From: Dipteris shenzhenensis | Taxonomy: Eukaryota | Direction: 5' to 3' (one strand) | DNA length: 64,000 nucleotides | Assembly: GCA_047967505.1 (NCBI GenBank) | Contig: CM106538.1 | In this document: one piece after another, positions 25,196 to 38,650 of the stretch | Position numbering within the stretch: position 1 is the stretch's first letter | Layout of the letters: each line of letters begins with the position of its first letter | The notes under the pieces: generated by a model | What the model was told of the DNA's origin: nothing | Database searches by the model: none | Seen by the model: the letters and a program-made list of their open reading frames with translations, nothing else | Translations under genes and position numbers: made by a program

Positions 25196-27076
25196 TTTTT
25201 TTCAAAAAAGAGACTTCTATTAAGTAAGAAAGAAACCCACTAGAGCAAGATCTGTGCGGAAATACACCATGCTAAGCATGTAATAAAAAACACCTCAGAG
25301 GAATGAGCTAGAAAGAAACCAAGGCTGAGGTTGAAAATGCCATCTCAACCCTGTAGAAGTCTCAGCAAAGAAGGGAGAGTCTCTCCAATCTCTAAGAAAA
25401 GTAACTCTCCTGGAGGAGGCTGCTCGAGATGATCCCTACATGGTCGCCCAAATGGCCATCAGAGTGTGTATCGTATCTGTCCAAGTACTTGCCAAGATTT
25501 GAGAAGGGTGAACCTGAGAACCCTCCAAAGCCTTAGTGCATCTGGCTTTCCAAATGTGCCATGCTACAATGCTAGTTAGGATCTCCCATGGAGAGTCAAC
25601 CGAGGAGTGAGCAGCCCTAAAAAGAGTGGCCGAAACATCCTCTAAAGAGCACGACTCCACAAGGTGTCGTCGGATGTGAAGAGCCCAAGAGGAATCAAGT
25701 CTCTCAAAAAATACCTGGGGCCCTGAAAGAGTAAGCCAAGCCACTGATCCCCAGGTCATATAGAAAGCTGGGCGAACAAAAGTGCTGAAAAGTCTTGCAA
25801 TCCCCTTCCATATGATTCTCGCCTGTCTGCAATCCTTGATCGGATCGAAGCCTAAGGTGTAGGGTAAAAGAAAGATTCTCCTCAAACCCAAAGCCAGGGG
25901 ATTAGCTTTGAGAACAAAGGCTATGGACTCGTGGGAGTCGAAAACCACTTGGAAGAATCCACATCCCAAAAGTCGAATATCCCTGAGGTGTGGGGCGAGG
26001 TCTCTTGGTAACACCGCCAGCATCTAGTCTCTAGCCTGTGATCTGGAAGGGTATGACCCAAAGATGTGGGCGAAAAGTGATGTGGAGCCCTCTAATTCCA
26101 CATCTTTCTTGAGCTGCTATAACTCGTCTTTTGAAAAAATGACAGTTCTCGTGGCCGGTGGAGGTGGATGGAGATTGGCTGAATGGGGATCCATTCGCCA
26201 ATCGATGTGAAAAGGCCGATTCCAACACTGAAAAAACTCCATCTGTGAGACTACTGCCCAGGACGACTTGAACGTGGGTGCAGGAAGAAGGAGAAAGAGG
26301 GTAGGAGAGAGGGGAAGGGAAGGAGAGGATAGACTGAAGGGGGAGACGGAGGTAGGCTGAGGGGGAGGCGTGGGGAGCTGAGTTAGGAAGGAAGGGGGCG
26401 GGGAGGGAGAGGGAGGATGTTTTTTTTTTAAAAACTTTTTTCTTTTTTTGGGGGGGGGGGGGTCTCCTTGGGGGGAAGAGCAGCGGGGGGGGAGAGGGAG
26501 GGGGAGGGAGGGGGGCGGGGGGGTTGGCAGGGGAGAGGGAGGGCGGAGGAGAAGGGGGCAATGGGGAGGGGGGAGGGGGAGAGCAGCAGGGGGGAGAGGG
26601 AGGGCGAAGGAGGGGGTGGGGGAGGAGAAGGGGGCAGGGGGATGGAGGGGGAGAGGGAGGGCAGAGGAGAAGGGGGAAGCAGGGAGGGGGGCAACGGGGG
26701 GGAGAGGGATGACAGGGGAGGGGACGGGGGAGGAGAAGGGGGGCGGGGGGGCTGACGGGTGGGGGAGAGGTAGGGCAGGGAGGGAGAGGTAGGGGCAGCA
26801 GGGAGGGAGAGGTAGGGGCCAACGAGGGGGGGAGAGGGAGGGCAGGGAGGAGGAAGGGGAGAGGGAGGGTGAGGGAGTAGGGAGAGGGGGCTGGCAAGAG
26901 GGGAGGGAGAAGAGGAGCAGCAAGGGGGGGAGAGGGGGGGCAGCGAGGGAGAGGGAGAGGGAGAGGGGGCTGGCTGAGAGAGGGAGAAGGGGGGGCAGTA
27001 GCTCACGAGGAGGAGTAGCAGCTCTAATGGGGGGTGAGGTTTGAGGGTAGTGCTGTCATGATAGACTTAGGCATGG
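25196..27076 (-). mobile_element. Internally deleted L1-type LINE with poly(A) tail and TSD
   Basis: T-run at 25192-25202. TSD gggttaaactttt at 25183-25195 and 27077-27089. It splits a repeat that is contiguous in the copy at ~18100-18130. ORF 25436-26023 has ORF1-like and ORF2-C-terminal motifs. Confidence 0.85.
26290..27035. repeat. G/A-rich low-complexity tract (pyrimidine-rich 5' region of the LINE)
   Basis: Almost entirely G/A on the plus strand, giving spurious Pro-rich and Gly-rich ORFs. Confidence 0.9.
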
Positions 27077-27819
27077 GGGTTAAACTTTTAGCACTAGTCC
27101 ATGGAGGAAATGCCTTTGTGAGTTCAAGATTCAAATTCGAAGCTATCAAGGTCATCACCTAGTAATAGGGGGACTAATTTTTATTTTTAAACTTAGAATA
27201 ATTTGTGCGATATAGAAAACTCTGGGAGCTAATTCTTAAATCAAGTACTAAGGCATTGAAAATGAGAAAAGAAAAGCTCGACACATCATCTTTTTCCATG
27301 AGGAGTATTGGGTGGCACCTACCTCCCTATTAGGGGGACTAGTGACATTTTAAATGCACCTGCCTCTTTACTAACCCTTTTTCCTAGCAGCTACATGTAT
27401 TGTTTTGTCATAAAAGAATGCCCAGCTATCATCAGCATGTTCAATATCGTTTGCATTGGATGTCATCCATTCATCCCATTGGAGAAGAATTTGTAACTCT
27501 ACATGTAGAATTGACACAAAATCACAACAAAGATTTAGAAAAAGATAATGATGATGGATCAATTTTTGGCTCAAAAAGTAGAACAAGCTTATTGGCATGT
27601 TGGTAAAAAGATTTCATTAAAAACTTCAATTTGACACTCTATGTAGCATAACTCCCCTTGCAGCATGATTGCAAAATAGTCATTGTGAGTAGCCACCACC
27701 CTTCCACCATTGCCTCTCTCAAATCCTCTCCTCCTATCAAAACTGCCTCCTCAACTTCAACGAGGAGGCTCTTTTTTTTTTGAAAAAAGAGAACATGATT
27801 GCAGCTCAAATGGTTTATT

Positions 27820-29870
27820 TGGGAGGTTGTGATGCATTTCACTCTCTTTGGAGGCCAAGTAAGGGAATTTTGCTCCTTCTCTCATTTTTTTTCTTATTGA
27901 AAAGGATTGGCATAGTTTCTGTGGGTAGCACGGTGGAAGGAATTGCCATTTAGGATAGTATTTATTGCAAGAATTGTATGCCAAAATTACATTGGTGTAG
28001 AAAAGTGTTGATACTAGAGGTTACATGCCCAGTTGATGAAGTGTTGATGCATTTCAACACTTGAAATAAGGTTTCACCCAATAAATTTCAGTTGGAGCAA
28101 GCATGTGGACAAAGGCAAGCAAAAAGTTAAAGTAGAAGAGAGTATCGAGGATGAAAGTAGTGATGAAAGGAGTGAGATATAGCTTCTTAAAGCTCTAGAG
28201 ACAAAGCATGCCTCAAAGTATATGCCAACACATGCTAGGAAGCAAATGGCAAGTACATAGCCCTTAAGAAGGTCACAAAGGGTGAAACACCCCATGGATA
28301 GGTTGACTTATAGTGGATATATGAGGATGCACTATGCATCCATGGTTAACAAAGTGCAACATGTTGAGCCTCCAAGTTTTGAAGAGGCTATAAACAAATC
28401 AAATTGGAGGGATGCCATGGATCAAGAAATGGATGCCTTGGATAAGAACAACACTTGGACACTTGTCAGACTCCCAAAAGGAAATAAATTTATTGGCTAC
28501 GAATGGGTTTATAAAGTGAAGTGCAAATTAGATGGAAGTGTGGAGATATACAAGGCAAGGTTAGTGGCAAAAGGGTATGCCCAAACATAAGGGTTGGACT
28601 ATGATGAAACATTCAGCCCAGTGGCAAAGATGACCACCATACAGACCGTGATTGCTTTGGCAACCATGCATGGGTGGAAGCTATATCAAATGGATGTCAA
28701 ATTTTCTTTTTTGAATGGTATGTTCCATGAGGAAGTTTATATGCATCAGCTCAAGAAGTACATATGCATGTGTGCAAGTTAAGAAAAGCCTTGTATGGGT
28801 TAAAGCAAGCTCCAAGAGCTTGGTTCAAGAATATGCACTTCAAGCAATCTAAAGTTGATAGCTCACTATATATGAAGCAAGAGGGAACAAAATGGTTTGT
28901 GATCGTACATGTGGATGACTTCATCATCACCGGGAGTCTTGATGTAGAAATTATAGCAACTAAGAAGAGATTGTCATGTGAATTTGACGTGAAGGACCTT
29001 GGATAGCTAGGTTACTTCTTTGGGATTGAGGTAATTGATTCACCACATGGTATTTGGATGCTACAAAGGCAACATGCCTTGGACATGTTGGAAAAATATG
29101 GTATGATAGTAGGCAAACCAAAGGAAACACCATTTGAAGATGGTTGTTGATGATGGGTAATAGTTGCAAGACATGACTATGTTTTGGAAGATGGTTGAAA
29201 GTCTCATATATCTTACCATCACTAGACTGGACTTGAGTTATGCTTTAGGTGTGGTGAATAAATTTATGCAAAAGCCTTGCAAGAGTCACTTTGATGCAAT
29301 GAGGAGAATACTTTGATATGTGAAAGCCATAATAAATGTTGGATTGTTTTATGCCAAGGAAAGAGGAATATGCTTGCATGCTTATATTGATGTAGATTGG
29401 GTTGGCAGCATTGATGACAGAAGGTTTACCAATGGGTATGCATTCTCTCTTGCAAATAGTTTGATTAGTTGGAGCAGCAAGAAACAACCATTGCTGCTTT
29501 TTCTAGTGCAAAAACTGAGTATAGAGGGGCTTCCATAGCAAAGTGTGGCAAAACTTGGATGAGATTGCTTCTTTCTTAGTTGGGAGTATGCATTGATGGC
29601 CCAATGGTGATCAACTATGACAATATAAGTACTGTTATGCTGGGCAAGAACCCATTTACCATGCAAGAACAGAACATATAGAGGTCCACCATCACTGTAT
29701 CAGGGAGAAAGTGATAAGTGGTGAAATTAACTTGAGATATGTCAAGACAGATGCCCACATTGTAGCTATCCTTGCCAAGTCTTTAGGTAAGATAAGTTTT
29801 GTCTTTTTTTATATTCTTTGGGCTTATGTGATGTACAAGCTCATGCGGAGCTTGAGGGGGAGATTGTAGA
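27820..29870 (+). mobile_element. Degenerate Copia pol (integrase C-term, RT, RNase H) ending in PPT
   Basis: EPPSFEEA, YKARLVAKGYAQ, DYDETFSPVAK, LYGLKQAPRAW, HVDDFII and SWSSKKQ motifs. Many stops and frameshifts; GAGGGGGAGA PPT at ~29855. Confidence 0.9.
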
Positions 29871-29924
29871 TGCATATCCATGTGTATGTGTGAATAGACA
29901 GATGTAAATAATGAGGAAATTCAC

Positions 29925-32375
29925 AGGAGATAGACGCGTCGATTACATAGTCATCTACAAAAAAGATTGATGAAGAAGAGCAAGAATTTCCAGAAACACC
30001 CCAAGCAGAGCCACAGTAGCTCAGACGGTCTACTAGGGAAAGCAGACCACTAGCCAGATTGACATATGCTCAAAAAGGCAAAGCAATTCAGGTTGAAACC
30101 ACCAACTATGCTCTTATGACTACCATCATGGCTATAGAAGAGCTAGTGTACTTCGAAGATGTAGTAGACAAGCCAGAATGGCAAACTGCCATGAATGAAG
30201 AAATGGATGCTTTGCATAAGAATAATACTTGGGAATTATGCAACCTTCCACTAGGAAAGAAAGCCATAGCAAACAAATGGGTATACAAAGTGAAGTACAA
30301 TCCAGATGGAAGTATTCAAAGATACAAAGCCAGACTAGTTTGCAAAAGTATTTGCACATTAATATGGTCAAGATTATGATGAGACTTATGCTCCAAAAGC
30401 AAAGACGGATTCCATACGGTTCTTGATATCACTAGTGATACTCAGCAGAAGGAATGTGTATCAGCTCGATGTCAAGAATGCATTTCTCAATGGTTATCTA
30501 GACAAGGTAGTCTACATGCAACAACCAGCAAGTTATGTTGAACCAGGAAAGGAGAATAAGGTTTGCCATCTCAAGAAAAGTCATGGCTTAAAGCAAGAAC
30601 CCTGAAGTTGGTATAGCTGAATCGACAAGTATTTTGCTGATCTAGGATACATGAAATCCAATGCAGATCATACTCTCTACTACAAAGTTCAAGGGGAAGA
30701 CATTACTATTGCACTTTTGTACATAGATGATCTAATTGTGTGACCAGAAGCAAGGATAGCTTCATTAAAAAATTGAAACAAGAATTATCTATGGAGTTCA
30801 ACATGAAAGAATTTGGACTTATGCACTATTGTCTTGGAATTGAGTTCTGGAGAGATTCAAATAGCACATTCATGAGTCAGCTCAAATATGTTGATAGTCT
30901 CCTAAAGAAGTTTCATATGGTAGATTGCAAGATTGCAACCACTCCCATGGAACAGAGTTTGAAACTTACTAAAGATTCAAAAAAGCCTATAGTCAATGAC
31001 AGGTACTATAGGTAGCTCATTGGATCTCTTATATATATGACTATCACACGGCTAGATATTTATTATGCAATAAGTTCACTAGTACAATTTATGGCAAATC
31101 CAAAACAGTCTCACTAGAATGCAACCAAAAGAGTCTTGAGATACATCAAAGGTACAAGACAATTTGGAATAGAATACAGAGGAAGCCTTGGTCAAGGTGC
31201 TATATCATGGTTGTCAAAAAAACACCAACCATTTCTTTGTCTGCAATAGCTGAAGGAGAATATAGAGCACTCACTACAGGTGCATGTGAGGCGATATGGT
31301 TGAGAAGACTATTGTCAGAAATAGATTACTTTGATGAGTCAAAGCCAACAACAATATATTGTGATAATCAATCGGCTCAAGCACTAGCCAAGAATCCAGT
31401 ATATCACTCCAGGACAAAGCACATTGATGTCAAAGAGCACTTCATCAGAGAAAGAGTGTTACTTGGTTACATCACACTGCAGCATTGTGATAGCAAAGAG
31501 AATGTTGCATACATCTTTACCAAACCACTCAGTAAAGAGCTTTTCGAGAAACACCGACTAGCTCTTGGTTTGACGTAGAGGAAGGACATTCCCATTAAAG
31601 GGGTGTGATGGAATGTAATGCTCAGTCCTTTGTCGATTCCCCAGAATCATCATCTTGAGGGAAGGCCTACTTCATGATGTTGATTTTGAGGGAAGGTGTT
31701 GAGAGTTCACGCTCAACATCATGTGATCATATGTGCATAGCACTAACCCAATAGAGTGCTATAAAGGAAAGGCCCGGGGGATTCACTCTTCATGAAAGGG
31801 GGACGTCACCTGCGTGCATGAACTTCAAGAAAACCCTCTATTTAAGATCCATGTAGGATGATAAAACACCCCTATTTAAGCTTATAAGATACGACCAAAA
31901 TTCTATTATGTCCCCCCTTTCCTTAAATCTACATTCTTTCTCAAGCATTTAGATCGCACAATAAGAAAATTTAGATTACTTTCCCTATGACTATTTAAAA
32001 CCATACACAAAACCAAACTTGTTTGGACTAGTTATCCAAGGTAGCCTATCCTATGTCCCCCCCTCTTAGATATGGCATGGCCCCCCTAACTTAAATTCAA
32101 TATTGGGAAAAAATAAAAGGCCCCCCACCCCTAATGTATAAGCTTATGCCTCATTAAAAGAAACCCCCCTATTGTACACTCACGTGATATCATAAGTTTC
32201 CTCTTGTGAATCCCCCGGGAGGAAAGGGTTAACTACCCTAACCCTGAATGAGTTTGTATATATTCTACATTTTCAACTAAATCTAGTGTACAGTTAGTCA
32301 TTTGTGGTGTGCTCTCTAGCTGTGCCCTCTCTCCTCATCTCCACTCTTCTCCTCTCCCCTCTTCATATTTTGTCA
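29925..32375 (+). mobile_element. Older 5'-truncated copy of the 42315-49776 Copia family (RT/RNase H and 3' LTR 31697-32375)
   Basis: Near-colinear with the reverse complement of 42315-44420. Has stops, frameshifts and a deletion near 31185. The LTR is interrupted by a MITE. Confidence 0.9.
31773..32219. mobile_element. 447-bp MITE with 14-bp TIRs and 8-bp TSD
   Basis: TIRs CCCGGGGGATTCAC / GTGAATCCCCCGGG. TSD AGGAAAGG at 31765-31772 and 32220-32227. Absent from the four other copies of this LTR in the window. Confidence 0.93.
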
Positions 32376-33499
32376 ATGCTTAATCTCATAAATTAAACCA
32401 AAATTTAGTATTTTTCAAGTTCTTCATAGACATGGCTACCATACTTGGGATTTGTGCTGTAATGCCGACATACCTTTGGTTTGGATCCTTCCCTTATTGG
32501 TATGGTATGTACTGTAACCTCTGGGGAAATCCCTTTCATTTCTTTGTAGGACCAAGCTTTTCTTCTTCTCCATCCAAGGCAAGATTTAGTTTCCGTCTTG
32601 GCTGGTCCTTCATGAACTGGGGTATCCTCAATATTCTCTGTTTCTTTGAGCTTGAATTCCCTGACTGCCCTTGCCCATTGCTATTGTTGCTTCTCCTCTA
32701 GTGTAGTTTTTGAAGTAATCAGAAACTTCCCTTAGGCCTATATGGCACTTTGAGGTGCTTTCTTGGCTGCTAGCTCCACTGGAAAATATTTGGTCCAATT
32801 CACCTGTGTTCCCTTGTTCTTCTTTTTTGTTACTATTCACCATTTCACTCTTCATTCTCACATTGTATTTGAACTTTCTAAGCTTTTTGCTTTGTGATAC
32901 CAGTGATGGATTTTCAATAGGAGTTGCACTCCCCAGGAGTGGTTCTTTGGCTATACAAACACCTTCAAGCCCTTTAGGATCCCATTTAAAATTTGGGGAC
33001 TCAAGTGCTTTTGTTGGCTTAGTTAAGTACAATACTACCACTCTGGTCTGCATTCTTTCGAATTGGTTGAAGTGCTCTACCTTGGACTTTTGGCATTGTA
33101 CACCCTCCTTCTTTTTCCTAGATTTATTGCTATTGGATAGTGCTGGAGGGTCGATCTTGGGGTATTCTATTGCCATGAGTGCCTGTAGGATTGCCAAGTC
33201 ATTGTCAAATACTTGGTCTTCCAAGGTTGCATTATTAGCTTCTGTTTCCATATCCCAATCTATGTTGGTACTATATCCTTCTATTATGGACTCTTCAGGG
33301 TCAGTGTCTATTATGGACTCTTCAGGGTCAGTGTCTCAATCTATGCTGTCAAAGGGTTAACACCTAAAAATATCACTCTTCCATAGCTCATGCACTGGTC
33401 CATGAGTGTGCCCTTGATCTCCAAAAGGGCCTCTTACTTTAGAATTAAAGAAAAATGGAAGGTACATGAGATATCTTCCATTCTGAGGATATAGATTGG

Positions 33500-33810
33500 T
33501 ATTCACACACAATACGTATAGTAAAGGTTGCCTACATTGATGGAGGACTAGCTTGTAACATAATGGTGCCTTGTATTATGAAAATACTTAATCTCTCATG
33601 TATGAGAAAATGGGCCTACCTATAGAAAGGTAGTAGATGGTTGGAAGTTATCCACCCTTGTTGGGGTAATCAAGGACCTTCCCATCACATTGAATGGGAT
33701 CATCACATCTCTAAATTTTTATGTGGATGATATCAAAGATACAATAAGGGGTTATCCAATGATCTTAGTCCATTCTTGGATAAAGAAAACTAATGCAGGC
33801 AATTATTGGA
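33500..33810 (+). mobile_element. Degenerate Gypsy-like aspartic protease remnant
   Basis: AYIDGGL.CNIM, G.IKDLPITLNG and GYPMIL...W fragments in broken frames. Confidence 0.45.
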
Positions 33811-34640
33811 GCATGTATATCTTTTGGTGACTCAAAGGAGAAGATCCCTATGAAACTTGGGGCTTTGAGGACTCAAATTATTTTAACAAGGCATGGATAC
33901 AATTTAGAAAAATGTATCATGGTCCTTGATAGTAACCACACACGATTCAATATCATGACTAGACTTGATCCATTAAGTTAGAGTGTAGTACAATAATCTA
34001 ATGACTCTAAAAGAGAATTAATCTATTTAAGTCATCATTAAAAACTCCATGCAATCTATACTAAGAATTTCACTATCAAAATTAAGAAAGGTGTGGAGGT
34101 GACCTGCCAATGTTGTAGTTGAAGTAGACTTTGAAGTTTGCTACATTTTTATTGACTTGAGGTCACCACTCTACAAATTTAATAAACTTTTAGATTAAGT
34201 AGGCCATATTTTTATGGAGATGACATACATAGTGTACCCAAATTTAAAGTTTAGTAGGTCACTATTGAGTGGAAGTCACCATTCTAGAAAAAGGTCTTAA
34301 AAACGTTAAAAAGGCCAAAATTGCTAAATATTATGTTGAAGGTAGCTCATTCACTTGTATAACAATTTGGCTAGATAGTGGTCAATACATGACCATGTAT
34401 CTTCATTAATGTCTATGTGGCATGAATTCACACATCCTCTATTTTGTCCCTTTTCATTCTAGCTAAGCTAGCTCACTTTTAAAAACCTAGTCAATCAATG
34501 TTAATGTCTTTAACTTCATCATCTAGCAAAAGTATCTCAATTACTTGGAGATAATTAACATTCACATGCAAGTCTTGATCAAGCAAGCAAGTTCATCTTT
34601 ATGTCTTATGATCGATGCTACCTTTACATGTCCACCACTC

Positions 34641-37273
34641 TGATGGGATATCTCAAGGTGTATGCCTCAGGCACACCTTGGTTTCTATGTGTGAGTGCTA
34701 GAGGCACAGTTAGGTGCCCACAAGCACAGTTAGGTGGTGGAGAGCCACATAGGATGATTGAGAGAATCTAGGAGCAGATTGAGGAGATGATTGTGGAGCT
34801 CTGAAGTCATCAGTGATGTCAGTGAGCATGTATGAGGTGCCTACTTAAGGACCTCACTCTTCTTCATTCCATAATGCAAGTATTCTGAATTTGTGTCCAC
34901 TCTTTCCTTTCCTTTCAATTTACCAACATGGTATCAGAGCCCTTTGATCCCCCTTGAGCCCATTTTTGCCACATCATCTTCTTCTTCTTCATCTTCTTCT
35001 TCCCCATTTTCCTCCTTCTTCCCAAAATCTTTGAGAGCTTGGTTCTCTGCCTACAAACGACCATTGCCCAAAACCTCTGAGCTGTAAACTCCTCTAGTAT
35101 GGGCGAACTTCCACCTGCAAGCAATTGAAAAAAAAACGCCTCTGTTGGCTGCCATTCTCCAAACACAACGCATTTTTTTGCCATTCTTCTATTGCTCAAT
35201 ACTCCCTGCCTGCTCCACCATTGCTTGAGCCCTTTTAGGAGTAGATGGGCAACCTCAAGACGAAGATTTTGAGTCATTATAGCTCATTTGGTTCAGTAAC
35301 GAAGGAGAAATTGTCAAAACTCAGGTTTAGCATGTAGCAACTCCCCCGAGCAATAGCGCGTGCCATTTCGTCCAACCTCTGTGCTGGATCCTCTTTGGTA
35401 TATGAGCTTTCTTTTGCTTCAGAAAGCCTTCTTTTCCTTGCTTTGAAGAGTGAGCTACAAGCCCTCCAAGTTCAGCCTTTTGGTTTTGACAGTTTTGGAC
35501 AAGTTTTTGAAGATGATGCTACATAAAATGCTGAGTTTTTGAAGTTTTCAATAGCATCAGTACAAGTGTGGTTTCAGTTTTTCTTTGAATTGCTAGACCT
35601 GGTTTTGATTGGAAAGTATTCATTTTAGCCACCTCTATGAAGCATGTAAGAAGAAGCATCATTGCTTGAATATTGGTCACTAGTCTTTGCTACATCAAGT
35701 GCTTATATTTTGGAAACCTTTCAGTTATTTTTTGCCTTGTAAGAGAGAAAGACACTGCCCAATATCTGGGTTAGACCCTCTCATGGCTACCCTATTGAAT
35801 CTAGCCATAGCATCATCTGGAGTAATAAGAGAGTTGATAGAAGCTAATTGAGTCATAAGACTCCGCATATAGTTGACATGAGCTACCAAAGTAGTACCAC
35901 TGACCATCTTCAATTCAAAGAAAGAGATTTTAAGTGATAATTTAGAGATGTGAGAGCTAGCACCAAAAATCATGTCAAGCTTCTGCCAAGCTTCTGAAGG
36001 AGACTCTAAGTCAAAGATGTGGTGAATATAATCATCTCCTAAAGCAAGAGCAATGATACCATATGTTTTTCTTCTCTAGCGGGATCCCTTGTCGGTCGTG
36101 TCGGAGTTGAGGATTCTCCAGCATTGGAGGCTGTAGAAGAAGTGGTTGGAGTCAGTTTGACAAGTCCCCAGAGGTTCTCCCTCATCAATGCAAATTTCAC
36201 CTTCATCTGCCATGTGTGGAAGCCCTTTCCATTGAACTTCTATGGCAGTGTTACTTAAGAGTATGCCTAAAGATTATGATCACATAGTTACCACTTTGAA
36301 AAATCTTCCTAATCCTAATCTTGAAGTATTATCTCTGCTCTCCAAGAAGAAGAAAGGCATATGGAGCTCAGGAAAGGCAATGACACTATTTATGCTGTAA
36401 AAGTCCAGAAGGGCAAGTATACCCCTTGCAATCACTATGGAAAGACAAATCACCTTTCAAAGGACTGCTTCAAAATTAATCCATGCAAGCACTGTGGCAA
36501 GAACAACCATCATGAGAAGTTTTGCAGAGCGAAAGCAAAGACAGAAAATGCAAATCTACTTTCAGTTGATGAGCCTCCACAAGATGAGGCATCCTTTGAA
36601 GATTATGCATTTTAAAACATCTCTATGTATGCTCAGATCTCTCTTTATGTCAAGGTACTCAGCCTGGATAGTCCTCCAAAATGAATGAAATAAATTATTG
36701 TGTTTTGTGTGTTTTGTAAACACCTCTAGTCACCTTATGATGTAGGCCATGTGTATGTTTTGCTCCATGGTACCTCCTGCAGACATTGTGTGCATGTACA
36801 TGCAGGGGAGATAACCATTGGAAGGTCTTTTTGTATCCCTTTTGTTTACCTTACACCCATGGGAACCCTTGCTAGCATGAGAACCTAGCCATAGATTTAT
36901 CCTTGACCACCATGAGATGGCATGAGAAACTATGAGACTAGATGTATCCTTGACATAGCCTGAGGCATTCCCTTGAGGGGGGGTTTGATGGGATATCTCA
37001 AGGTGTATGCCTTAGGCACACCTTGGTTTCTATGTGTGAGTGCGAGAGGCACAGTTAGGTGCCCATAAGCACAGTTAGGTGGTGGAGAGCCACATAGGAT
37101 GATTGAGAGAATCTAGGAGCAGATTGAGGAGATGATTGTGGAGCTCTGAAGTCATCAGTGATGTCAGTGAGCATGTATGAGGTGCCTACTTAAGGACCTC
37201 ACTCTTCTTCATTCCATAATGCAAGTATTCTGAATTTGTGTCCACTCTTTCCTTTCCTTTCAGTTTACCAACA
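34641..37273 (+). mobile_element. Complete gag-only (TR-GAG-like) LTR retrotransposon, 2633 bp
   Basis: 288-bp LTRs at 34641-34928 and 36986-37273 (~4 differences). TSD CACTC, tRNA-Met PBS TGGTATCAGAGC, PPT GAGGGGGGG. Copia-type gag with two zinc knuckles and no pol. Confidence 0.95.
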
Positions 37274-37440
37274 CACTCTTTGTCCTTTTTCATTTCAATT
37301 AGCTAGCTTACTTTTGGAAAGCTAATTAATCAAGGTTGATGCCCTTACTTGGAGGGTCCAACAAAGGTATCTCACATATTTAGAAGTAAGTGTCATTTGC
37401 ATGCAACTCTTGATCATGCAAGCAAGTTCATTTTAAACAA

Positions 37441-38650
37441 TGTTGTATGACCAACATGCTAGTCAAAAGATTGGTGATCTGTTGAAGTATATGGGCAGCA
37501 TTGGGCTGGTCATCATCCATGTACATATGGTGTTACATATCTTCATATGTTGTACATATGGGTAGATAAAAAGGAAGATAGAGGACTCTAGAAGGGACCC
37601 TAAGTCTCTATCTAAATAGTCCTTATGGACTTAAGGCAACACTAAGTATTCATCTTTTTTGTTATGTGAGAATGTACATTTTATATAGCCAACTCTATGT
37701 TGATCTCTCTCATCCTCTCTTTATTGTGTGCTTAGAGTGTTAGATTGTGTCTCCACATTTAGACATGTGTGCTCTTTCACATGGTATCAGTCAGTGACTA
37801 TTAGATTCTCAAAGTTAGTGAAGCCACAATGTGTTGAGAACTAACTATGTCAAGGAATGTGTTTCCTCCCTCCCCATTGGCTCACATTTAAAATTTGTGT
37901 GAGGGTTTTTGTGTAAGGTTGCATGCAAGGCCTACTTAGTGTTTGGAACTCTTTGAGACTATGTCTCTCAGGTGAAGGCTTCTATCAAGTCAAGTTTTGA
38001 AGGTGTGAGTGCATGCAAGTGTTAAGCATCATTTTGAGTTGTTGAGGGTGTGTTCCATTGAGTGAGAGTGTGTCTTTTTGGTCATTTTAAGTCTCAACGA
38101 CTATGTCCCATTGAGTGACAGTGTGTCTTTTTGGTCATTTTAAGTCTCAATGACTATGCCCCATTGAGTGAGACTGTGTCTCTCTAGTCACTTTGAGTCT
38201 CAAGGACTGTGTATGCCTTGAGAAGGTTTTTTGAGTGTATGTCTTGAGAAGGTTTTTTGAGAATAAAGCACTGAAGAAGACCTACATCTCAAAGCAAGAA
38301 GGCTATAGTAACTACAAAGGAGTTTGCACAACAGAAACCTTGAAAGGAAAGGCTTCAGTTTAGAAGGTTGTAACTGGCAAAGAAGCCCTCTAGAAGAGAT
38401 TAACCAAGCTAAGAAACTCTCAAGGAGAGAGGAGCTTGAAGATGGTTATGACCTTGTACACCGAAGATAGGATGAGAAGGCATGATGAGCTATAGAAAGG
38501 AAGCTACAACTAAGATCCAAACTAACTTCAAATCAATAAGCCAAAATTTACCTTCAACAAATATGCACAAATTGAAGTACCTAGGTTGAGACAGACACAT
38601 GCTCCAAACCTCAGCAGTTGCATTTGAGGTGACAAGGATCTATAGTGGCT
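37441..38650 (+). mobile_element. Degenerate LTR element 5' end (LTR ~37441-37781, PBS, decayed leader/gag)
   Basis: TGTTG...TTCACA followed directly by TGGTATCAG. Short tandem repeats in the leader at ~38055-38205. Confidence 0.6.

Noticed and set aside
26031-27006. Long Pro-rich (extensin-like) and Gly-rich ORFs
   Set aside because: Open in several frames on both strands because of the G/C low-complexity tract inside the LINE; no signal peptide or SPPPP periodicity.
32628-33360. Overlapping 207-aa and 201-aa ORFs
   Set aside because: No recognisable domain; adjacent to Gypsy-like protease debris, so probably retroelement remnant.
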